Assembly: GCA_965367755.1 (NCBI GenBank)
Contig: CBDUKH010000001.1
Coordinates: forward strand, 1 to 64,000
Direction of reading: 5' to 3'
DNA from: an uncultured Rhodothermales bacterium
GTDB taxonomy: Bacteria; Bacteroidota; Rhodothermia; Rhodothermales; JABDKH01
DNA length: 64,000 bases
A program made the translations under genes and the position numbers. Shown piece by piece: positions 1 through 9,708 of the stretch. Within the stretch, counting starts at the first letter, position 1. Each line of letters opens with the position of its first letter. The notes under the pieces were generated by a model. The model was given only the letters and a program-made list of their open reading frames with translations. It was not told where the DNA came from and ran no database searches.

Positions 1-2
1 TG

Positions 3-1085
3 GCGATCTTCCTCGAACCGCCGCTGCACTCTTTTTATGTGGGTGCTGGATTTTCGGAGACGGCAACTGATGTCTCTATTTTGATTACCCAGACTTTTCT
101 TGCGTCATCAATTGTGCTTTTATTCGGGGAGATAATTCCGAAGTCAATTCTGCGAGAAGTCCCGTCTCGTACGGTCATTGCCTTCGCCGTTCCTCTCAGA
201 ATCACCTACTACCTCTTTTCGCCCCTGATTAAAATCGCCGGGTGGACCGCTTCGGGTATCATCAAATTGTTCGGTGTGGAAGCCGAGACAATGACGCAGA
301 TGATGAAACGTGATTTCGAGATTATCATTCGAGAGAGTGCAGAGAGCGGTGAACTGGAACTTGACGAGGAAGAAAGCGAATTCTTGAACCGATTGTTCGA
401 GATGGAATCGATGAAAGTGAAGGAGTCGATGGTACCGCGGACGGACGTGACGGCTGTTGATGAAAAGACCTCTATCACCTCTCTGCGCCAACAGTTCATC
501 GAGTCCGGTTTTTCGAAACTTCCTGTCTATCAGGAAAACATAGACAACATCGTAGGTATTGTGATGGCCTACGACCTTTTTGAATCGCCCGGAGAATTGT
601 CAGAAATCATCAGGCCCGTTCAGTTTGTACCGGAATCTAAAAAGTCACTCGAGTTGCTACGCGAGTTTCTCGATGCTAACATTTCTCTAGCAATCGTCCT
701 CGACGAGTATGGGGGGATGGCCGGGCTTGTTACTCTTGAGGATCTTCTTGAAGAGCTAATTGGCGACATCCAGGACGAGTTTGACGTCGAGGATAACGTT
801 ATTCGGAAGATTTCCGATGACACGTTTGTTGTGAGCGGGCGCGTTGAATTGGATACTCTGAAAGATCGTCATGGTATTGAGATGCCGGCGGGAGACTACG
901 AAACGATCGCGGGCTTCATCCTTGAACATCTCGGAACGATTCCAACTACGCGACAGGAATTTGAGGTTGCTGGATACAAGCTAATTGTCCTGCAATCCTC
1001 TGCAAACAGGATTGACCTTGTTCGGTTGACCCTGCCCCCTTCATTGGGCCCACTTACGAGTGAATTGGACGTTCCGGCCGTATAG
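3..1085 (+). CDS. CNNM/CorC/HlyC-family protein (C-terminal part of DUF21 membrane domain, CBS pair, CorC_HlyC transporter-associated domain); 5' end lies outside the window
   Basis: The reading frame of ORF 39..1085 stays open back to the window edge. It contains a GEIIPK motif typical of the last DUF21 transmembrane helices, two CBS-like segments, and a C-terminal CorC/HlyC-type domain. Confidence 0.75.
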   Translation, partial: AIFLEPPLHSFYVGAGFSETATDVSILITQTFLASSIVLLFGEIIPKSILREVPSRTVIAFAVPLRITYYLFSPLIKIAGWTASGIIKLFGVEAETMTQMMKRDFEIIIRESAESGELELDEEESEFLNRLFEMESMKVKESMVPRTDVTAVDEKTSITSLRQQFIESGFSKLPVYQENIDNIVGIVMAYDLFESPGELSEIIRPVQFVPESKKSLELLREFLDANISLAIVLDEYGGMAGLVTLEDLLEELIGDIQDEFDVEDNVIRKISDDTFVVSGRVELDTLKDRHGIEMPAGDYETIAGFILEHLGTIPTTRQEFEVAGYKLIVLQSSANRIDLVRLTLPPSLGPLTSELDVPAV

Positions 1086-1170
1086 TCGTGTGATATGCGA
1101 TGCGCTTGCCGTTCGTTTCTAATGCAATGCTAATCCTATCCTCATGAAGGTTAGGCTGAAACGAGTTAGC

Positions 1171-1207
1171 TTGCTACTGGGGAGGAGGAGTGGTGGCCCC
1201 CGCGCGA
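1171..1207. other. conserved intergenic element, copy 1 (TTGCTACTGGGGAGGAGGAGTGGTGGCCCCCGCGCGA)
   Basis: About 35 of 40 nt are identical to a second copy at 48165..48203. Both copies lie downstream of minus-strand genes. Confidence 0.5.
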
Positions 1208-1243
1208 TTTGAAACGATTAACGACATTCGTACCATTTCTTTC

Positions 1244-1816
1244 CTACTCAGATTCCCCAAGCTGTTGCCTGGCGAACTCGCGCACAAGTTTGAGATGTCG
1301 ATTCAGGACAGCAACGACCTCCAGGCGCTCGAGTCGCTGAATCGGATGTTCGTGTAGACCCGGCGAACTGATTCTACCCATCCACAACGCCATCTTCTCG
1401 TTGACGATCTTTGGCCCGGGATAGGAGCCCGGTACAAAGTGTGAGAAATAGAAATTCATCTTGCGGGAAATTCGATCGAAGGTTGTCTGCACTTCTGGTA
1501 TTGCGGTTCCTTCCGGTGCCTGCAGGACTTCCGAGCCAAGAATGTAGTCGAGATACGTAAACGGCACCTTCAATATTGTGGGCAATACATTAGCGGCCAC
1601 CTCCGATCTCCCCTTGCCTTCAATCTCAAGAACTCGCGCAGTTGTTACAGAAGCTAATGCAAGCGACTCTTCGGCGATCAGCTCCAGATCATCCGAGGCT
1701 TCACCGGCAACAGCGTGGGTCAACTGTTGTGTCGTAGTAGCGATACCGATAACACTGAACGAGATTAACTCCGAAAGATTAACCGCCGCAGCGCTGGTCA
1801 TAACGTTTTCAGCCAT
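1244..1816 (-). CDS. hypothetical protein, translationally coupled to floA
   Basis: 190-aa ORF. Its ATG lies 2 nt after the floA TAA stop (TAAGGATGG), consistent with co-transcription. I did not recognise a family. Confidence 0.5.
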   Translation of the reverse strand: MAENVMTSAAAVNLSELISFSVIGIATTTQQLTHAVAGEASDDLELIAEESLALASVTTARVLEIEGKGRSEVAANVLPTILKVPFTYLDYILGSEVLQAPEGTAIPEVQTTFDRISRKMNFYFSHFVPGSYPGPKIVNEKMALWMGRISSPGLHEHPIQRLERLEVVAVLNRHLKLVREFARQQLGESE

Positions 1817-1818
1817 CC

Positions 1819-2802
1819 TTACTCGTCGGAGTCATCGTCGGACCCGATCGAATCGCGCATTTTTGTATCTGCCTGGATATTGCGGATGTTGTAGTAGTCC
1901 ATGACACCGAGGTTACCTGAACGGAACGCATCTGCAATTGCCCGGGGAATTTCTGCTTCAGCGCTGACAACACTTGCCCGAGCCTCCTCGACTGCGGCAC
2001 GCATTTCCTGTTCCTTCGCAACGGCAGCAGCCCTGCGTTCTTCTGCTTTCGCCCTCGCTACCTGCAAGTCGGCCTCAGCCTGGTTGGTCTGCAACTTGGC
2101 GCCAATGTTGTCTCCAACATCGACGTCAGCAATGTCAATCGACAGAATTTCGAAAGCCGTTCCAGAATCCAGACCTTTGGACAAAACCACTTTCGATATC
2201 GAATCTGGATTCTCAAGGACATCTTTGTAGGAGTTTGCAGAACCGATTGTAGAAACAATCCCCTCGCCCACTCTTGCAATGATCGTCTCTTCACCCGCAC
2301 CCCCGACCAGCCTGTCGATGTTGGCTCGGAGTGTTACGCGAGAAACAGCCCTCAGTTGAATACCGTCCTTCGCAACTGCGGAAACAGGAGGTGTCTCAAT
2401 AACTTTCGGGTTGACCGATACCTGGACAGCTTCATAAACATCGCGACCTGCAAGATCGATGGCAGCAGCCTGCTCGAACGAGAGGTCGATGTTTGCCTTG
2501 TCCGCCGAAATTAAAGCATTCACAACTTTGGCGACATCACCACTCGATAGATAGTGAGCTTCAAGTTGCGGCATACTCAAATTGAGGCCAGCCTTGTGAC
2601 CCGTAATGTGCGTTCGCACGAGTCCGGCGGGCGGCACCTTCCGGAGTCTCATACCAACCAGGTCACGAACCAGCTTGAGTTTTACGCCAGAGAAATACGC
2701 AGTGACCCAGAGGCCTACCGGAATGAAATACAAGAAGATAATAAGACCGATTATCAGCAAAGCGATAATCAGAATACCTGGTGCAAGCAAAATGTCTTCC
2801 AT
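1819..2802 (-). CDS. floA: flotillin-like protein FloA (SPFH/band-7, YqfA/UPF0365 family)
   Basis: It matches Bacillus FloA/YqfA along the full length: N-terminal transmembrane helix, then [33 protein letters not shown] and [19 protein letters not shown] blocks, a coiled-coil segment ([28 protein letters not shown]), and an acidic tail. Confidence 0.9.
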   Translation of the reverse strand: MEDILLAPGILIIALLIIGLIIFLYFIPVGLWVTAYFSGVKLKLVRDLVGMRLRKVPPAGLVRTHITGHKAGLNLSMPQLEAHYLSSGDVAKVVNALISADKANIDLSFEQAAAIDLAGRDVYEAVQVSVNPKVIETPPVSAVAKDGIQLRAVSRVTLRANIDRLVGGAGEETIIARVGEGIVSTIGSANSYKDVLENPDSISKVVLSKGLDSGTAFEILSIDIADVDVGDNIGAKLQTNQAEADLQVARAKAEERRAAAVAKEQEMRAAVEEARASVVSAEAEIPRAIADAFRSGNLGVMDYYNIRNIQADTKMRDSIGSDDDSDE

Positions 2803-2813
2803 TGGAGCCGCGG

Positions 2814-3308
2814 TTAGTTATCAGAGCGCAGATAGTCGCCGCTCTGGCCACCCGTCTTTGCTCGCAGATGAATATTGGTAATCTCTATATCTTTGGAGAC
2901 AGACTTGCACATGTCGTATACCGTCAGCGACGCTATCGACACTGCAGTGAGTGCTTCCATCTCGACGCCAGTCGGCCCGAAGCTCTTCGTAAATGCTCGT
3001 ACGTCGATACTGAAATCTTCTTCGTTGAGCGTCAACTCGACATCAACCCCCTTCAGGGAAACGTCATGGCACAGCGGAATAAGCTTACTCGTTTGCTTGG
3101 CACCCATGATGCCCGCGATTTGAGCCAATGACAGGACATCTCCTTTGGCAATTTTGTTTTCGCTTATTCGTTGATAGGCCAGTTCGCCTACGATTACTTT
3201 ACCAGTGGCAACAGCAGTTCTAACGCTCTCCGGTTTTGCAGAGACGTCCACCATTTTCACTCCCCCGTCTGGATCGACGTGGGTCAAGTATGGGACTTCA
3301 TCCATCAC
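2814..3308 (-). CDS. moaC: cyclic pyranopterin monophosphate synthase MoaC
   Basis: 164 aa, MoaC-family conservation including the IPLCHDV...LKGVDVE block and DMCK motif. It is adjacent to moaA. Confidence 0.9.
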   Translation of the reverse strand: MMDEVPYLTHVDPDGGVKMVDVSAKPESVRTAVATGKVIVGELAYQRISENKIAKGDVLSLAQIAGIMGAKQTSKLIPLCHDVSLKGVDVELTLNEEDFSIDVRAFTKSFGPTGVEMEALTAVSIASLTVYDMCKSVSKDIEITNIHLRAKTGGQSGDYLRSDN

Positions 3309-3415
3309 TATGTCTTCACTATAGGTTTGTTCGTGTAAAAGAGAGCCAGATCAAGATAGTATGACCGGACGCCTTGGGCAAGCTGCAAAGTCTGTCTTTG
3401 TACAAGCATCATTTG

Positions 3416-4396
3416 CTAGCCGCCTATTAATATCATTGGGCGATTATCCTCACGGGCAAGATTATCCATGCCATTGTGCGACGCCTTCTTCCTGGTAACT
3501 GCAGCCTGAATAGCATCGGAGATATCATCATCCGACGAACCAGACCGCATCATTTCCATTAAGCTTACTTCCGCGTTTCCGAATAAGCATACCTTCAAGT
3601 GCCCATCAGCAGTGAGCCGTACGCGATTACATGAACCGCAAAAGTGGTCACTCATGGATGATATGAAACCGACTGAGCCCAGGCCGTCCTCAACCCGATA
3701 ATTTTTGGCCGTATCGTTCGGTGAATCGGAAATGCGCTCCAGAACAACACCATCCGTGGCGATAAGCGTCTTCATGTCCGAGTAGGAAATAAATCTGTCG
3801 CGATTCCATTCATTACCCTGAAACGGCATAAACTCGATAAATCGAATATGCAATGGTCGATCGCGCGATAACATCACAAAATCAGAAAGCTCATCTTCGT
3901 TCACTCCCCGAAGAACGACACAGTTGATTTTCACCGGGGAAAAACCAAGCTCAAGCGCGACGTCAATAGCCCGCAACACCTTGTCCAAACCCTTCCTTCG
4001 AGTAATGCTCTCAAAGCGTTCGGCCTTTAGCGTATCGAGACTGATGTTCAGCGACTGCAGCCCGTTCTTTCTGAGCTCTGTAGCTTTGCGCTCCAGCAGC
4101 ATGCCGTTTGTCGTCATCGCCAGATGCTCAAGACCATCGATCTTCGCAATCATTCCAACGAGACTATCGAGATCTTTGCGGACCAGTGGTTCACCACCTG
4201 TCAAACGAATCTTGGTAACTCCGCCCTTCACAAAAATGTTGGCAAGACGGACTATTTCCTCAAACGAAAGCACCTGATCGCGGGGTGTCAGCGCAACTCC
4301 GTCTGCGGGCATGCAATATTTGCATCTCAGATCGCAACGCTCCGTGACCGAAATCCGGAGATAGGTGTGCTGCCGTCCAAAATCGTCTGTAAACAA
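3416..4396 (-). CDS. moaA: GTP 3',8-cyclase MoaA (radical SAM)
   Basis: CDLRCKYC radical-SAM CxxxCxxC motif near the N-terminus, a C-terminal second cluster CGSCNRVRLTADGHLKVCL, and a GG tail typical of MoaA. 326 aa. Confidence 0.9.
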   Translation of the reverse strand: MFTDDFGRQHTYLRISVTERCDLRCKYCMPADGVALTPRDQVLSFEEIVRLANIFVKGGVTKIRLTGGEPLVRKDLDSLVGMIAKIDGLEHLAMTTNGMLLERKATELRKNGLQSLNISLDTLKAERFESITRRKGLDKVLRAIDVALELGFSPVKINCVVLRGVNEDELSDFVMLSRDRPLHIRFIEFMPFQGNEWNRDRFISYSDMKTLIATDGVVLERISDSPNDTAKNYRVEDGLGSVGFISSMSDHFCGSCNRVRLTADGHLKVCLFGNAEVSLMEMMRSGSSDDDISDAIQAAVTRKKASHNGMDNLAREDNRPMILIGG

Positions 4397-4487
4397 GTGA
4401 AAAGCCCTAAATGAGTTGTCTCGACTGGTTCATCTCTACGAATGGGAGATGCTATGGTTCAACCGCTGATCAATCTTCTAACACCGC

Positions 4488-4937
4488 CTATCCGGCTTTT
4501 TTCTCCACCCAAATCGTGACAGGACCATCGTTGATCAGTTCCACATCCATCATGGCGCCAAACCGGCCGGTTGGGACCTTCTTGTTCAGAAGCCTTTCCA
4601 TTTCGCTGACAAATGCTTCGTACAGCGGTACGGCAACATCAGGCGTTGCAGAAGACTCGAATGATGGCCGATTCCCGCGTTCGACGGAACCGTACAGGGT
4701 AAACTGCGACACGATCAGGGCGTTGAGACCAACATCGATCAGGGACCGGTTCATCTTTCCGTCGTCGTCGGAAAATATCCTGAGTGCGGCGCACTTCCTG
4801 GCAACCCACTGCACTTCGCGTTGAGAATCGTCTCGATGAATGCCGAGCAGGATGCACAGGCCGCCATTGATTTGCCCGACTATTTCCCCATCGATTGACA
4901 CTGACGCCGAGCGCACCCTTTGAACCAGCGCGACCAT
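4488..4937 (-). CDS. dtd: D-aminoacyl-tRNA deacylase
   Basis: 149 aa, starts MVALVQRV, has SQFTLYG and a C-terminal NDGPVT(I)W motif characteristic of Dtd. Confidence 0.9.
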   Translation of the reverse strand: MVALVQRVRSASVSIDGEIVGQINGGLCILLGIHRDDSQREVQWVARKCAALRIFSDDDGKMNRSLIDVGLNALIVSQFTLYGSVERGNRPSFESSATPDVAVPLYEAFVSEMERLLNKKVPTGRFGAMMDVELINDGPVTIWVEKKAG

Positions 4938-5527
4938 TAACTTTCTCTGTCAATAAATTCTACGAATCGCGCGAGTGCCCGTGCGCGATGGCTCACTGCA
5001 TTCTTTTCCTCGACAGACATTTCGGCGAACGACAACGTCGACGAAGCTGGCCGAAAGAGAGCGTCGTACCCGAAGCCGCCTGCGCCTCGCTCACCTTTTA
5101 AAATGAAACCGTCGCACGAACCTTCAAAAACATGCGTCTTCTCGCTGTCGACAAATGCCAGCACAGTTCGAAACCTTGCACTTCGATCATCCTGGGACAT
5201 CATTTCGGATAACAATAGTCTTCTGTTTGCCTCAGCGTCTTCGTCAGGACCGGCGAATCGGGCAGAGTAGACTCCAGGCCTTCCACCAAGCGCCGTCACT
5301 TCGAGACCCGTATCGTCTGCCAGCGTCGGGATACCAGCGATAGCGTGCAAGTGAGTCGCTTTCTTGCGAGCATTTCCCTCAAGCGTCTCAGAATCTTCGT
5401 CAGCAAAACTCGTTATCCCAAGATCCTCTGGAGATACTACTTCGATACCTCTTGATCCGAGCATATGCCTGACCTCCCGAAGTTTTCCCTTATTGGAGGT
5501 AGCCATCAAAATCTTCGTTATTGCCAT
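4937..5527 (-). CDS. rdgB: non-canonical purine NTP pyrophosphatase (RdgB/HAM1 family)
   Basis: 196 aa with the ATSNKGKLRE N-terminal motif, FGYD and EKN motifs of the Ham1 family. It shares 1 bp with dtd (start 4937). Confidence 0.9.
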   Translation of the reverse strand: MAITKILMATSNKGKLREVRHMLGSRGIEVVSPEDLGITSFADEDSETLEGNARKKATHLHAIAGIPTLADDTGLEVTALGGRPGVYSARFAGPDEDAEANRRLLLSEMMSQDDRSARFRTVLAFVDSEKTHVFEGSCDGFILKGERGAGGFGYDALFRPASSTLSFAEMSVEEKNAVSHRARALARFVEFIDRES

Positions 5528-5648
5528 TTTTCCATCCTCACGACCGATTCCACCGTGTTTTAAATTTTGTGTTTAGAAGGAGATTTGTTTGCTGACCTAT
5601 GTATAAGGGCGTATATTACCATGCTAGATCAAAAAATGGAGGTTTACA

Positions 5649-5843
5649 TTGTCAGTAGGCGTAAAAGTAAGAGATAACGAATCAATCGATCGCGCATTGC
5701 GTCGATTCAAGCGTGCGGTAAACCGCAGTCGCGTCCTTCGTATTTACAGAGCTAATATGGCCTACACTAAACCTTCGGAAGAGCGTCGCCTTGCCCGGCA
5801 GAAAGCCGCTCGTAACTCGCACAAGCGATCCCGGATGTACTAG
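5649..5843 (+). CDS. rpsU: 30S ribosomal protein S21
   Basis: 64 aa with the S21 signature (IDRALRRFKR...SEERRLARQKA). It has a TTG start with GGAGG 7 nt upstream. Confidence 0.85.
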   Translation: MSVGVKVRDNESIDRALRRFKRAVNRSRVLRIYRANMAYTKPSEERRLARQKAARNSHKRSRMY

Positions 5844-5871
5844 GCCAATTTTGATCTTTCCGATCTCGAAA

Positions 5872-5898
5872 GGTTCTCCCTCCCGGAGAGCCTTTTTT
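5872..5898 (+). terminator. rho-independent terminator downstream of rpsU
   Basis: GGTTCTCC-CTCCC-GGAGAGCC hairpin (8 bp with one G-U pair) followed by TTTTTTG. Confidence 0.6.
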
Positions 5899-5905
5899 GT
5901 TTACC

Positions 5906-8900
5906 CTATTTTTCGAACGCCAGTGCCTCGGCAATGATAGCGGCCTGCTCCAACTGGTGGACTTTGGCGCTGCCCGTACTTGGACTCGCAGCTTTGCGTC
6001 GTCCATGATACTTCAACTGCACACAATCCTTGTTCCATCGACTTTCAAGGATCTCTTCTATTAACGGCTGTATGAAAGACCATGCTCCCATATTGGCTGG
6101 CTCCTCCTGAACCCAGGCGACATCGCGTACTGACGCATACCGGTCCAGCTCTGCATTAACGTCTGCTTCAGGGAACGGATAAAACTGCTCGACCCGCGTG
6201 ACAGCCACAGCATCACGCGCGGCATCATTATCTTCCAACGCCGCCATCAGATCAAAGTAAATCTTTCCACTGCAGAAGAGCACCTTCTTCACTGTCGACG
6301 GATCCGCCGACGCCGGGATGACTTCTTTTACGCCACCTGACATAAAATCTTCGCGTGTCGAAACAACACTCGGATGGCGGAGCAAGCTTTTTGGCGACAT
6401 GACTACCAATGGCGACTTTGCAACGCGCGCCACCTGGCGACGTAAAGCATGAAACAGGTTAGCCGGTGTCGTAAAGTTGCAGACATTCATGTTGTTCTCT
6501 GCACACAACTGCAGGAATCTTTCAAGGCGTGCGGAAGAGTGCTCCGGTCCCTGACCTTCGTACCCGTGTGGCAACAGTAAAACCAGGCTGCTGGACGTTC
6601 CCCATTTCTCTTGTCCGGAAGAAAGGAACTGGTCAAACACTATCTGCGCCCCATTCGCGAAGTCCCCGAACTGTGCTTCCCAGATTACCAGAGCAGATTT
6701 GTCGACGACCGAAAAGCCGTACTCGAAACCGCAGGCAGCATATTCTGACAGGAAAGAATCATGTGTCATGAAGAGGCCTTGCTCGTCCCGGATGTGATTC
6801 AACGGAACGTATTCTTCTCCCGTCTTCTGATCCACAACGACTGAATGTCGGTGACTGAACGTTCCACGGCGTGAATCCTGGCCTGCCAATCGGACATTGG
6901 TACCCTCCAGAAGTAGCGACCCAAACGCAAGCGCCTCACCGAAGCCCCAATCTATTTTGTTTTCATCAAAGGCTTTTGCACGACGCTGGAATTGCTTCAG
7001 CAACTTCGGATGCGTGTTGAAGCCTTCCGGCTGATGAAGGATAGCCGCCTTTATCGACTCCAACACATCGGCACTGACACCCGTTTCGACAACTTCCAGT
7101 GGTTCGTCCTCCGCGTCATCATCTAGTACGACTTCTCGCTCAGCGTCCTTGTCATGAATCTCTTTTGTCGCTTCGAAGGCTGCTTGCATGTGCGATCGAT
7201 AATCCGCCAACATTTGCTCCGCCTCTTCCGGCTCCATCTCACCGCGACCTAGCAAGGCCTCGGTATAGAGCTTCCTGACCGAACGTTTCGCCTCGATCTT
7301 TTTGTACAGGAGTGGCTGCGTATACGTCGGTTCGTCGCCTTCGTTATGACCGTGAACCCGATAGCACAACATGTCGATAACGACATCCTTATTGTATTCC
7401 TGTCGATACTCAAGCGCGAGCTTTACGACACGAATACATGCTTCAGGATCGTCACCGTTAACATGGAATATCGGTGCCTGAATCATTCGCGCAACATCGG
7501 TCGCGTACGTCGAGCTGCGGGCCATCTGGGGGGTCGTCGTAAAACCGATCTGGTTGTTAATAACGAGATGGATGGTCCCACCCGTTCGATACCCTGGAAG
7601 CTGACTAAGATTCAGGGTTTCAGCAACGACACCCTGACCTGCAAAGGCCGCATCACCGTGAATGAGAACGGGGATTACCGCATCGATATACTCAAGATCG
7701 GCACCATCTCCTTCTTCCAGACTAATGCGCGTCTGCTTGGCCCGAACCATACCTTCGACAACGGGATTCACTGCTTCAAGGTGGCTCGGATTGGATGCGA
7801 GTGTCAGCTCAACATTCCTGCCATCTGGCGTCATGTGGACGCCGTTGAATCCGAGGTGGTATTTAACGTCACCTGAACCCTGCGTGGTATTGGGGTCGAT
7901 GCTCCCTTCAAATTCCGAGAAGATTACTTCGTACGGTTTCTGGAGAATATTCGCAAGCACGTTCAGTCGCCCGCGGTGAGCCATTCCGATAACCACCTCT
8001 CTAACTCCGGCTTTCGCGGAGTCATTCAGAATGGCGTCGAGCATCGGAATCATTGTCTCCGAACCCTCCAGAGAAAATCTCTTGTGTCCGATAAACTTGG
8101 TGTGGAGAAATTTCTCGAAAGCTTCGGCAGCATTCAGCTTGGCCAGGATCCGACGTTTGTCGTCAGACGTGAGTCCACTCTCTTCCGCAATTGGCTCAAG
8201 ACGCGTTTGGATCCACTTCTTTTCGCCCGGGTCCGAAATGTGCATGTACTCGATACCGACCTTGTGAGCATATGTCGACCTGAGAATGTCAAGAATCTTC
8301 CGTAAGGGCAGAACCTCCTCGCCACCGAGACCTCCAGTAACAAACTGACGGTCCAGATCCCAGATGGTAAGTCCATACGTAGCCGGGTCAAGTTCCGGAT
8401 GATAAATCCATTCGTAGCCAAGTGGATTGATATCGGCCTGCAGATGCCCTCGGACTCGGTAAGCACGAATGAGTTGGAGGACGCGTGCTTGTTTGCGCGT
8501 CATCTCCATCTCGTCGGTCGCCGAACCCGGTCCTATTTGCGGCGTCGTGTCCTTTGCGAGCTTATAGGGAGCGTACGGAACACCCAGTTCCGCAAATATT
8601 TTCTCATAGAACCCATCTTCTCCCAGCAACAGTCCTGCGATGTGCGCAAGGAAGGCTCCGCTGGTCGCGCCCTGGATGACACGGTGGTCATACGTGGAAG
8701 TGATCGTCATCACCTGCGACACGCCCGTGCGGCTGACAACTTCCGGAGGGAATGCGTAGTAATTCTCGGGATAGCCGATGGCACCGACGCCAATAATAAC
8801 ACCCTGCCCTTCCATGAGCCGCGGAACGCTGAGTGAAGTACCGATCATTCCCGGATTCGTCAACGTAGCCGTAGTGCCGTCGAAGTCCGCGATCTCCAGC

Positions 8901-9592
8901 TTGCCATCACGGGCTCGCTTCACCAAGTCATTATAAATTCCAAGGAACTGTGGAAATGTCATCGACGCCGCGTCTTTCACATTCGGAACCATGAGACTTC
9001 GGCGACCACGCCGCTCGATATCAATGGCTAATCCCAGGTTGACCCTGCTCGCAATGATGTGCTGCGGCTTGCCGTCCTCTACTCGATATGTAGAATTCAT
9101 AGCTGGATATTCGGACATTGCACGAACAATAGCCCAGCCGATGAGATGAGTGAAAGACACTTTCTCACCGCCGACAGTCTTCTGATAAGAGTTGATGAGG
9201 CCTCTATTCTCAGCCATCAGCTTGACCGGGAACGTCCGGACCGACGTGGCGGTCGGTACGCCGAGACTTGCCTCCATATTCTCGGCTATCTTCGCTGCCG
9301 GCCCCCGCAACGGGATAACCTCCGCGTCGTCTGGAATCGGCGACTTGCTGACTTCCGGTTCTGCAACCGAACCATCACCGCTTTGAGCGGGCGCCCCTCC
9401 GGCAGGAATCGCAGTTACTGTTGCGCTTGCCGCCTTTTGAACGATCTCGTTTCGGGCATCGGTGGCTGCCTGAAACGCTTCGCTCGGTTTATAATCGGCG
9501 AAAAACTCTTGCCAGTTTTCACTGACACTGCCTTGGTCTTCGAGATACTGCCTGTACAATTCCTCGATGTAACCGGTGTTGAATCCTAACAT
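5906..9592 (-). CDS. sucA: multifunctional 2-oxoglutarate dehydrogenase: E2-type acyltransferase catalytic domain fused to the E1 component (Kgd/OdhA-like SucA)
   Basis: 1228 aa. The N-terminal ~350 aa carry a 2-oxoacid dehydrogenase acyltransferase catalytic core with the DHRVIQGA His motif and no lipoyl domain. The rest is a canonical SucA E1 with a ThDP-binding region. There is no sucB next to it. Confidence 0.85.
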   Translation of the reverse strand: MLGFNTGYIEELYRQYLEDQGSVSENWQEFFADYKPSEAFQAATDARNEIVQKAASATVTAIPAGGAPAQSGDGSVAEPEVSKSPIPDDAEVIPLRGPAAKIAENMEASLGVPTATSVRTFPVKLMAENRGLINSYQKTVGGEKVSFTHLIGWAIVRAMSEYPAMNSTYRVEDGKPQHIIASRVNLGLAIDIERRGRRSLMVPNVKDAASMTFPQFLGIYNDLVKRARDGKLEIADFDGTTATLTNPGMIGTSLSVPRLMEGQGVIIGVGAIGYPENYYAFPPEVVSRTGVSQVMTITSTYDHRVIQGATSGAFLAHIAGLLLGEDGFYEKIFAELGVPYAPYKLAKDTTPQIGPGSATDEMEMTRKQARVLQLIRAYRVRGHLQADINPLGYEWIYHPELDPATYGLTIWDLDRQFVTGGLGGEEVLPLRKILDILRSTYAHKVGIEYMHISDPGEKKWIQTRLEPIAEESGLTSDDKRRILAKLNAAEAFEKFLHTKFIGHKRFSLEGSETMIPMLDAILNDSAKAGVREVVIGMAHRGRLNVLANILQKPYEVIFSEFEGSIDPNTTQGSGDVKYHLGFNGVHMTPDGRNVELTLASNPSHLEAVNPVVEGMVRAKQTRISLEEGDGADLEYIDAVIPVLIHGDAAFAGQGVVAETLNLSQLPGYRTGGTIHLVINNQIGFTTTPQMARSSTYATDVARMIQAPIFHVNGDDPEACIRVVKLALEYRQEYNKDVVIDMLCYRVHGHNEGDEPTYTQPLLYKKIEAKRSVRKLYTEALLGRGEMEPEEAEQMLADYRSHMQAAFEATKEIHDKDAEREVVLDDDAEDEPLEVVETGVSADVLESIKAAILHQPEGFNTHPKLLKQFQRRAKAFDENKIDWGFGEALAFGSLLLEGTNVRLAGQDSRRGTFSHRHSVVVDQKTGEEYVPLNHIRDEQGLFMTHDSFLSEYAACGFEYGFSVVDKSALVIWEAQFGDFANGAQIVFDQFLSSGQEKWGTSSSLVLLLPHGYEGQGPEHSSARLERFLQLCAENNMNVCNFTTPANLFHALRRQVARVAKSPLVVMSPKSLLRHPSVVSTREDFMSGGVKEVIPASADPSTVKKVLFCSGKIYFDLMAALEDNDAARDAVAVTRVEQFYPFPEADVNAELDRYASVRDVAWVQEEPANMGAWSFIQPLIEEILESRWNKDCVQLKYHGRRKAASPSTGSAKVHQLEQAAIIAEALAFEK

Positions 9593-9708
9593 GCCGGAAG
9601 TACTATTATAGTGTTGTGTGGTGCGGCATCGGGTTACGACCCAGCCAATGGCTTGATCCGAATCATTTCCTTGACCGCGTTATATTCTATGTCAATTTAC
9701 ACGCTGCA

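Noticed and set aside
1161-1215. Considered whether the conserved G-rich element (and its reverse complement ...GGGGGCCACCA...) is the 5' or 3' end of a tmRNA or another tRNA-like RNA.
   Set aside because: No tRNA-like acceptor/T-arm partner sequence or tag-peptide reading frame could be found nearby. The putative 5' partner would fall inside a translationally coupled ORF. The short conserved length (~40 nt) is inconsistent with tmRNA.
1578-1904. 108-aa plus-strand ORF spanning the junction between floA and its downstream partner.
   Set aside because: It is antisense to two coupled minus-strand genes and has no motif, so it is probably spurious.
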